From positions 82,150,001-82,214,000 of the forward strand of contig OZ024741.1 in the NCBI GenBank assembly GCA_964016885.1: a stretch of DNA of 64,000 nucleotides, read 5' to 3'. Under the pieces are notes generated by a model. It was given only the letters and a program-made list of their open reading frames with translations, searched no databases and was not told where the DNA came from. This DNA is from Eledone cirrhosa. Lineage: Eukaryota. Numbering within the stretch: position 1 is the stretch's first letter; the number at the start of each line of letters is the position of its first letter. The translations under genes were made by a program, and so were the position numbers. Positions 54,332-64,000 of this stretch are shown one piece after another.

Positions 54332-55645
54332 ACAAAGATACAAGTATTTCGGTGTTCTGGAGGCTGATGACATCAAGAACAAAAAAATGAAGGAATTGAT
54401 AAGATCTGAATACATTCGGAGAGTAAGGAGCGTATTAAAATCACATCTGAATAGTAGGAATGCCATAAGTGCAGTAAATTCCCAAGCTGTGTCTATTATT
54501 AGGTACAGTGTGGGAATTCTGAGATGGAATGTTGCTGAATAAAAAGAAATGGATAGGAAGACTAGGAAGCTATTGACTATCTACAACATGTTCCACAAGA
54601 GGAGTGGTGTCGATAGATTCTACTTAAGGAGATCTGAAGGTGGAAGAGGTCTTATCAGCATAGAGGACTGTGTTCAGATGGAGAAAAACAACCTACACAA
54701 ATACGTGACTGATAGTAAGGAGCCAATGCTCAGAATTGTACTGAAGGAGAGGACAATAGACCAGGGGATGTCCAAGTAGGAAATAACAACAAGGAGAAAG
54801 AGCAGCCTTCATGAAAAATCCCTTCATAGTACCTTCTTTGAGAAAACTGAATTCAGAGATCCACAGACATGGAACTGGTTGAAAAGAGGAGACCTTAAAA
54901 AGGCTACAGAAGGAATGTTAATGGCTGCGCAAGAGCAGGCCCTCAAAACGAAGTGGTTGAAACACCATATTTACAAGGAGGACGCTAGCCCACTGTACAG
55001 GATCTGTGGAGAGAGAGAGAAGACTGTGGCTCACATTGTATCCGAGTGTAAACATCTAGCCCAGACTCACTATAGGGCTGGAGACATGATGTGATGGGCA
55101 GGGTGATCCATGGCACCATTGCAAAGTAAACAATTTACCACATTTTGAGAAGTGGTATGAGCATAAGCCAGAGTCGGTGATAGAAAACGATCAGGTGAAG
55201 GTGCTGTGGGATTTTAGGATACAGACGGACAAGAAACTGGAACACAATAGACCTGACCTGGTGGTTTTGGACAAGGAAAAAAGATCGTGCCTGATTGTGG
55301 ATGTGGCCTGCCCATTCGACACTAGAGTACAAGAGAAGGAGAGGGAAAAGATTAATCGATACCAAGGACTTAAAGTGGGAGGTAAAAAGGATTTGGAACT
55401 GTCATGAAGTCAAAGTGGTCCCGATTGTCATAGGCGCACTAGGTACTATCTCAAAACGTTTCCAGGGATGGTCAAAGAAAATTGGCCCCTTCACGCTTTT
55501 TGGAACGCTTAAAAAGGCATGCTTGCTGGGAACAGCAAGAACCCTCCGATACGTCCTGAATATCTGAGGCTGCAGGTAGTGGCTTGATATTCATTTCAAC
55601 AAACTTTCCAGTTAACTAACATCAATGACTGTGACTCAAAGAACA
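54332..55645 (+). mobile_element. 5'-truncated R4/Dong-like LINE in (TAA)n
   Basis: YKYFG, MDRKTRKLLT, GGRGL, AAQEQAL, HNRPDLVV...VDVACPFD, VPIVIGALG; (TAA)n flanks. Confidence 0.9.
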
Positions 55646-55667
55646 ATAATATTAATAATAATAATGA

Positions 55668-58600
55668 TTTTATTTATTGGCGACAAGGGCCGACATATAG
55701 TGGACAATACTGGGACAGTGGGGTTTTACAGAAAAATCGAGTAAACAATATGAATAAGAATAAAAAAGTAACAAGAAAAATACAAGAAAAATTCCCCAAT
55801 AAGCGGGATGACCCCCCAGGGTTCGCTCAGGTACCCCACCAATCCTGAACGACCCGACGCTTCGAGAGCACCTTGGAAGGGCACCCCTCTCCTCCTCAAA
55901 TTTACCCACCTACAGGCGCATTATCAGAGTAGGCCCACTGACACGGGCCATTCTCGCCACATTCACTCACCTTTCAGCAAATGTACTGGAGGGAAGCACT
56001 TCTCTCTCCACCCTCACCTTCCTTTCCAAGTGAAACTTGAAAAAGTTGATAAGGGATTGGCCGAAGAGAAAAGTGACTGTCTTCAGTCCTTTCAACCACG
56101 TCCACCATACAACATCTTTCGCTACCGCCACCAGACATAGGAAAATTGCTTGCCGTTCCTGGCTAAAGGAAGGCGGCGGGTCGATCTTCACTATGGACTC
56201 GGCCGATAGCCGCATCCGTTCTACACGCGAGAACAGCTGTTCGACATAACGGTTTCGTCGCTTTGCGCGCATCTTGGGCAGGTCCGTCTGACAGCACTTC
56301 CGTGCCTGTAGAGTTTATCTCGAACCGGCAGTACCCGGTAGCACTGCCAAGCGAGGGATTTTTGGAAATTATCCATCGTCCCCGGCTCGAAATTCCTCCG
56401 GAACAGACCGGTTAGTTCGACTTCGTCGACTCCGAGAGCCTCTAATCCTCTATATAACTCGAGTGTGGAAGTTCCACTGACCGCATTTTCCACATGATAG
56501 AGGGCAGTGAGTGCCTGGCAACATTGCAGATGCCAGTCACCCAGTTTTGGTCTCTTCTTGACCCAGGACTGCAGCTCAGTCAATGAGACGAGCTGCGGAA
56601 AGGCTCGTCTGACAAACGGCGACCACACCTATTCACCGTTTAGGCAGAATATCTGGAGATGCCGCAGCCTCAGCGCGTGTCTGCGCATCATTAGCCACGG
56701 CATGCCCAGCCCTCCACGTATAGGGTGCTGGCAGCAGATGGACCGCTTCACCAGCGGAACCTGACCCCTCCATAAGAATTTGGAGAGGAGCCGCTCCAAA
56801 ATGGCGAGGCGCGAACGGGAGCAAGGGATGACAGTCAGACGTTAGTAGATGACGGACGCGATATACGCGTTCGCCACCTCCGCCCGACCTGTCAGTGATA
56901 GCTTCCTCCGAGCCCATTTCTGGGTGAGACTGGCTACCCTGCCCGTCACCTTGTCCCGATTCTTATCCTCCTGGAGGTCTGGCCCGAACCAAACCCCGAG
57001 CAACTTTACCGTTCCGTCCGTCCAGCGCCTAACGACGCTGTTGGACAGCATGGACTTGCCTCTCCAGGTGCCGAGTTGCAAGCCCACCGACTTTTCCGGG
57101 TTAAGTTTTGCTTCCGTCAACCTTTCATATTCCGTCAATAAGTTGGCGACCACCTCGATTTCTGAGGTGTCCGAGACCATCACGGTGATGTCGTCCGCAT
57201 AAGCCGACACCGCCTTTCGGCGTTCCGGTTCGAGCGGGATGCCCTTCAACAGGTCCAGCTTCCGCAGTAAAGGCTCGAGCGTCAATACGTACAGAGAGGA
57301 GGAGAGAGGGCAACCTTGACGGACCGATCGGTAGATCTGAAACGGTTCCGAGAGTTGGTCATTAATTTTGACCACCGATCAGGTGCCGCTGTGCATTGCA
57401 ACGATCCAGCTTCTGATGACGGGGCCGAAACCAGCCGCCTTGAGGACAGCCTCCAGGTACCGATGGTCGACCCTATCGAATGCTTTCGATTGATATAAAT
57501 TGATCAGAGCCCCACCGAAGCCAGATTTACACCCTACCCTCTCTATGATGTTTCGCATTAGGTGGAGGTTGTCGTGTATGGACCTGGTTGGGATTGCGCA
57601 AGTTTGCGCCTCCCCAACCAAATCCCTGACGACAAGCGCCAACCACTTCGCTAACACCCTGGCCAAAATCTTAAAATCTGTGTTGAGCAGAGTTATGGGC
57701 CTGAAATTGTCTAATGTGTCCCTCTTGTTCTCGTCTTTCCTTATCAGTTAAACTACGCCCCGGCTCACAGAACTGGGAATACTCCCGTTCTTCTGCCAGT
57801 TGCAGTAGAGCGCTTTGAGGAGATTGGAGAACAAGTCTGGTATATTTACGTAAAGCTCGTAGGGCAGACCATCCAAAGCGGGTGACCTGCGCCTCATGCA
57901 GCCGACAAGGGCACCCTGAATCTCGGCTGAAGTAATAGGCCTTTCGCAGCGCCCAGCATCGACCGTAGAGAGTTGCGGCAAGCCATCCAGGTAGGGACTG
58001 AAGTCCGCTACCGTCTCTAACCCGCCACTTCCCCCGAACAACCGAGCAAAATGTTGGCGAAAGGCCTTACACAACCGCTTGGAATCGCTCCGCTCGTGTG
58101 CGTCTCGTGTCCGCCTCTGGCATGCACGCCCATCAAACAGCTTTGGTTCCCTCGTTTCTCAGAGCACGCGCCTTAGCTCTGACAATGCAACCTTCGTGTT
58201 TCGCATTGAAGAAATTGTCTAATGCCATTCTCGCCGCTAGCACGTTAGTTGCAATGCTACAACCAATAGCTACGTATAACTTATCGACCAACTCCCCTTC
58301 CTTTCTATTTTTCTCTAACGCTACTTCTTTGTTAAACTCCATCGACATTACTCTAATCTCGCTTTTGAGAGCCCCCCCCCCCCCACCATCTATATTTGAC
58401 GATCCTCCCTCTCAACTTTTTCCTAACTAAATTGTTGACCTGATACCTGTAAGCGTTACGTGCCGGAAATGACATGTTTAGCTTCCAGTAACCAGGTCCT
58501 AACCTACGCGTCTTATCTAGGTCGACCATACAGATCACAAACTTGTGATCTGAATAGGCCACCGTTTTAAAACGTGGACAGCTTACACTATTTCTGTCTA

Positions 58601-58869
58601 TTTTCCTAATGAATATCCTGTCTATATACGATCTAGATGACCCTTTTCAGTTAGTCCAGGCCCACACTGGCGCATTAGGGAAATCTAGTCGGTACCTATC
58701 AGACAGTTGGAACTGGCTGATCAGGTTCTTGAGGCTTATGCACCCTCCGCTCCTATCCGATACTCCCACACAGTCCTAGCTTGCGTCTAAGATGCCGTTC
58801 TAGTCCCCCGCTAACAGTAAAGGGCGAGACGTACCCAGAAAGGCTTCCAAGCGTCTAAAGAAGTAAACC
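55668..58869 (-). mobile_element. Tx1/L1-clade LINE ORF2 (second half of APE, RT, C-terminus) and 3' UTR
   Basis: LLAGD, SDHK, YWKLN, FRPITLLN, KAFDRVDH, RQGCPLS, AYADD, KLLGVWF; AATAAA at the 3' end. Confidence 0.92.
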
Positions 58870-59008
58870 AATAATTAAATAAATAAATGAATAAATAAAT
58901 ACATAAATAATAGAAGAAAAAAAGATGTAAGAGAAAAGAGGAATAAAAAGAAAAGAAGGGAAGATGTGAGGAGTATACAGAGAAAACGAAGGGGAATAAA
59001 TAAAAGCG

Positions 59009-59068
59009 AAGAAAAGGAAAAGGAAAAGGAAAAGGAAAAGGAAAAGGAAAAGGAAAAGGAAAAGGAAA
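59009..59068. repeat. (GAAAAG)n hexanucleotide repeat
   Basis: Seen directly. Confidence 0.9.
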
Positions 59069-59407
59069 ATATGAAATATAGGGAGAATAAAACCGTTGTA
59101 TTCAAATGCTAAATAAAATAAGAAATCAAAAATGTATTCACATATATCATTGAATATCGCTTGTATTGGATTACGCTTTAGCTAATTATACCTTCATATT
59201 ATATCCAGATTATTAGGTATAGATTACTTTCTATAGCAATCAAATATTTAAGTTAAAGACAAGTTTTTTATAATTTAATTTAGCTCATTCTAGATTATTA
59301 TAATTGTTAATTTTAAGGTAAGATATTCTATTAGTATTATACTACAACTTTAAAAGAATTAAACTTTAAAGCCTAATTAAATAATTATTAAATATGTATT
59401 AAAATAT

Positions 59408-59596
59408 AATTGTTTCTACTTTAGGCACAAGGCCAGCAATTACCCAGTACATTACTAGTATTTTATTTTATCGCCCCCGTAAGGATGAAAGGCAAAGTCA
59501 ACCTCGGCGGGATTTGAACTCAGATTGTAAAGGGACGTAACTATGCTGGAAAGCATGGCGTTCGACCCTCTACTAATACTGCCAATCCACTGCCCT
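59408..59596 (-). mobile_element. SINE family A
   Basis: Reverse complement of the consensus. Confidence 0.9.
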
Positions 59597-60244
59597 TAAA
59601 ATATACCATGTATTAAAATATAATACCTGTATTAAAATACCTCTATTAAAATATAATACCATGTATATATCCCCATCAATGCATATAATCTATTTTGTTC
59701 ATTTATCATCCAAATTAATTTAGAGATTCACTTTATGAAAATTATGTTATTATTTAATTTTCATTTATTTCATAGAATTCAACTGTGGTTATGTTTACTC
59801 TCTCTAATTTAATGAATGGTTATATTTACTTCTGTATTTAATCATTCTGATATATATATATATAGTTTCCATTTAATGATAGTCTATGTATTATTAAACT
59901 ATTAATCATTATTTATTATTTATTAATCCATATTTCATATATTGTATGTTTTTTCAAGCTAATCAAAAATAAATTTTTACGGACAATGTAAACAAAAGGA
60001 CGATAACTCATTCACAATGTACAGGCATTTTTAACTTATAGGGAATCTCCTCTCTCACCTCCAGCGATATTTTAAAAGCCTTAAATTATCTAATTGATGC
60101 CTAATTAAATATTGAACTATCCTAATCCAAATCATAGGATAAAAAGACTCTTACTGAAATTATTCCATTACATATAGATATCAATAAATTATTACTTCAA
60201 TTAGGCAAAAATTACATATATTTAAATTATTAATTGTCCTTATT

Positions 60245-60783
60245 TTTTTGGAACTGGTACATTGGAAAGTTTAACCTATTTTATGATGACAACTAATAAA
60301 TAATTCATTTTATTTTTGTTGATTAAATTGTCATAGTTTGTGATTATCTGAAGAATCTCTTCATTGCAAAGATGGCAAAGTTCTGAGATTGTTGAGTTCT
60401 GGTAGGATGTAGCATCTTTAATTTCCTCCAAGAGATGGAGTATTTAATATTATTGTCCTTTAAAAAAAACCATACTAATTGTGAAAGTGAAGTTGAAAAT
60501 TTCTTATCCGGTCTATTAAAAGTATGTCTATGGTTAAACCAACGTTCCTTAAATTTAGATGAGGTGGCACATATGTAGTTATATATATTATTATTTGCCT
60601 TAATGGTACATTTATATACTAGATCTAGGCAATTATTTTGTAAAGGACATTCAGACCTCCTACTACAATTACATTTCTTCTCAGTGTAATTTACAGTCGT
60701 TATACTATTCACATTGCCATTTAAAGGCGTGCTAGTATTATTCGTGTTTAAATTATTATTATTGTTATTCCTATTAACTAATA

Positions 60784-60826
<43 letters not shown>

Positions 60827-60828
60827 TT
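60245..60828 (-). mobile_element. Naiad-type PLE 3' portion (poly-Asn linker and GIY-YIG endonuclease)
   Basis: CNCSRRSECPLQNNC, LVYKC, YICAT...FKERWFNH, STSLS, CHLCNEE, NELFISCHH. Confidence 0.88.
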
Positions 60829-60830
60829 TA

Positions 60831-63370
60831 TTGAGTCTGAACGGACGTCTTTTTGCTCGCTACCATAAGTTTATTTATTTACTTGTCAAAACTTATTTAT
60901 TGAATTTTTTGTTGTTGTGTAAGGCATACAAACCCTTGGACTTTGGCCTGTGGAGGTGAAAGAATAATATTTGGGCCTTTTGGCCTAGATATTTGAACTC
61001 TTTTACATTTAAAAAAAATTATCGAAAAAAAAAAACACGGCTGAGCCCCCCCCCCCCCCCCCCCCCCGCGATACGTCTGCTGTCGCGCGACAACGACGTA
61101 GAAGTTGAGAGGAGCACTACGGCGAAATTAACAGAAATTGATACAACAAACACCACCACAAGCAATGTAAACAAAGACAGCAATGATAACAACACTGAGA
61201 ACTCTAATTTTGAAAAAAAATGACAATAACAGCGACAACGAAAATACAGATAACAGAAATAATGACAAATGCAACAACAATATCAACACTACTAACATCA
61301 AAACAAATAGCGACAACACCAACAGCAACAATACCAACTGCACCGAGAACAACGGCGGCACCAAAGATAACAATGATAACAGCGACAGTGATAACAACAA
61401 CGCCAACAAGAACAACGACAACAACAACAAGACCCCCAACGAGAACAAGAATAACACTTTCGCTGCGGCAGCTTCAAAAAAGAGACCATGCTTCAACATG
61501 GACCTCTCAAACAAAGATGAAAAGTTGGCCCAGGCGTGGAAGCTTATCAATCAAGAGCAACTCTGGGCCAACTTAACTGTCCCGGTAGAAACTATTGAGG
61601 TAGTGGAGCGCAGAACGGTGCATTATATATGCATCTCAGCACAAACCAAAAGAGGAGTTTAATTCCACAAGCAGATGTCGAAGTTGCGCTGAGGTTCATC
61701 AGAGATGACAGCGAATACATAGCGAGGGGCAGACAGTATGGCACCATTACGGAGCTGTTCAAGTCAGAAGCCCTCGCTATGAAGCACGCTATGACTCCTT
61801 GCAAAACCAGCAAGGTCATAATGTAATTCTGCCACCAGAATCCCACCAGGACATGACATGTGGTGGCTTCTGGGATGATTGTGGAGGGGACGGATACCGT
61901 CCCGATAGAAGTGACAAGAACAGCAAGAGAGGACTGAAACGGGGTTGACCTGGAGATAATTCTCCAGATCAGGCCCGAGAATGTGAAGACAATCCCAGAC
62001 CACATCCGCCCTCAGAATGGGACGGTGATTCATATTATGACCGAGATCAAAAGGCCGCATTGTTTTGTTTGTGGGGAAAAAACCCATTTGCGAGCCTTCT
62101 GCTCTCAACTGCTGGAAGATGCAAGGGGTCGAAGGGCTCCACTGCTGCCGACGAGGACCACAACTAACACCAGCACCGGCAAAACCACCAACAACAACAC
62201 CAATAGAAAGACCACCACCAACATTGATCACCCAGGGGGGAAACGAGGAAAGTTGTCAAATTGCCTCGCCCCCCAAAATACAATAAAAACATAAACACAC
62301 ACACATACCCCTCAATAAAAACATAAACACACACACAGACCCCTCATTTACCAGTAGTGAAGACGAGGGAAAAACAAAATCCCCCAAAATTCAAAAAAGG
62401 AAACACAAAAAGGAAAAAAAAATCAACATAGCACAAAATCACCCACAATAAAAAATGCAGACACCACCCACGCAAACATCTCTCCAATAACAGCAACATC
62501 AACACCACCATCACCATCACCAGATCTCCCAAACGCAAACAACCTAAACAGACGCAAGAACAAATACACACACAAACATCTGAAACCACAGACACCGCAC
62601 TCACAACAAACACAGACACAACCAAAACACCACCACCAAAACCATCACCACCACAGCCACGCAAACAAATAAAATCACACCAACAAAACATAAAAAAACT
62701 TCGTGCTCGTCAGGAGGGCCAACAAGGAACTGATGGCCCTTGTAGCACAAAGTGAAAATATACAAAAAGAGGGGGACATTTTAAAATCAAGAACATTTCG
62801 CGTGTCGGAAGATTTGTTTCTGGTGCGAATGTCGTTCGATTTATACAAAGAAATACGAGGCAGCTTTCCTCGGGACGTGGGAACCCCGATCGTAAAACAC
62901 ACTTCAAGACTTTTAAAGGGATTCTCTAAATAAACCGCACCAACTATGGAGGTCGAACCACCCGACCTTCACAAGAGCCCGGAACGTAAGTAAACCTTTC
63001 CTCTCTCTCTTTTAATCTGCCAACATGGCCGTATTAAGTGTAGGAAGTTTAAATGTTCGAGGCCTGGGATCGCCCTGGAAGCAGGGTCACCTGCTCAACG
63101 ACCTCAGGTCTCTAGAAATGGATGTAGTTGCCGTCAGCGAGACCAGGATTGCCGACACGCGCGCACTAGCCCCCATTTTCGACGACTATCTTATCTTGGC
63201 ATCTGTTAGTCGGCCGGGAATGGGAGTTGGAGTGACAGTGTTGTCTAGGAAAGGCCTGGATCTCGAGGTAAGGTCGATCTTCCGGGGCCCGGACGGGAAG
63301 TTGGTGGTCCTGGACATGAACAATAACGAAGGTGGTGCCATTAGACTGGTGGCCGTCTACGCCCCTACTG
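60831..63370 (+). mobile_element. Tx1/L1-clade LINE 5' portion (5' UTR, disrupted ORF1 with zinc knuckle, ORF2 APE N-terminus)
   Basis: CFVCGEKTHLRAFC zinc knuckle; ORF2 at 63025: SLNVRGL, VSETR, RLVAVYAPT, then abrupt loss of homology. Confidence 0.9.
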
Positions 63371-63452
63371 TATATAATCAAAGATTAATGTGGTTCGTTG
63401 ATTATTCAACGAATACAATTTTACAATAGATTAGAAGCACTCGACATAGATT
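63371..63452 (-). mobile_element. Fragment of the Naiad 5' region
   Basis: Reverse-complement match to 52441-52518. Confidence 0.8.
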
Positions 63453-64000
63453 TTCCTGGAATTATTTAATATCATTCCAGATGTTAATAAATGAAAAATA
63501 TTCTCATAATCAAAATATATATTTTATTATACATATTCCAAAGGTACAATTCTGTGGCGTAGAACATTCGTGTATTTATATCTAGGTATGTGTGTGCGCT
63601 TGTTATATACGTATTTATTTATTTATATACATTTATATAATTATTTATTTATTTGTATACACGCATAAACACTCACACATATTTATATGTGCGTGGTTTT
63701 GTATACCTATGGTAAGGTTTTGCGTATGCTTGTGTATGTACGTTTTTGTTTGCGTGTATGTATTTATTTATTTCTATTACTTCTATATTGTATTTATTCA
63801 CTTTGTTCTTAACTCTGTAGCGGAGATTCATTTGGTCTCCTAGTTAGAATTTTAGTCTACGACTTCTGCTATACCATTTACGTGGTTTTGTCTTTGCGTG
63901 CCATTGTTCTCCACGCTCCACATATGACGTATTATCTTCGTTTTTTCGTTCATTGCCAGAGAACGTCTCTCTGCACCACCTAAGAGAACATTAGTCTACG

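Overview
AT-rich animal genomic DNA, most likely from a coleoid cephalopod (inferred from the SINE type and the microsatellite load). It is dominated by microsatellites and decayed retroelements, and most ORFs in the track are simple-repeat artefacts. Recognisable content: several Penelope-like elements (PLEs), namely Naiad-type copies with a CxCx5C linker and GIY-YIG domain and one clear Neptune-type endonuclease fragment; R4/Dong-like RLE LINEs; RTE LINEs; one near-complete Tx1/L1-clade LINE; and tRNA-derived SINEs. There is one plausible host coding exon (minus strand, 26358-26572). Main observations: (1) at least five different type I hammerhead ribozymes that can be folded by eye in PLE pseudo-LTRs, including one with a U3-A8 core covariation and a long stem II; (2) PLE ends that repeatedly join (TA)n at the same TTCCTA site; (3) a SINE, a Dong-like LINE and a Tx1 LINE stacked inside the (AAT)n poly-Asn linker of a Naiad; (4) a ~4.5 kb inversion (58870-63370) that explains two split elements at once. 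No wholly new system can be demonstrated from sequence alone. Coordinates of decayed elements are approximate.
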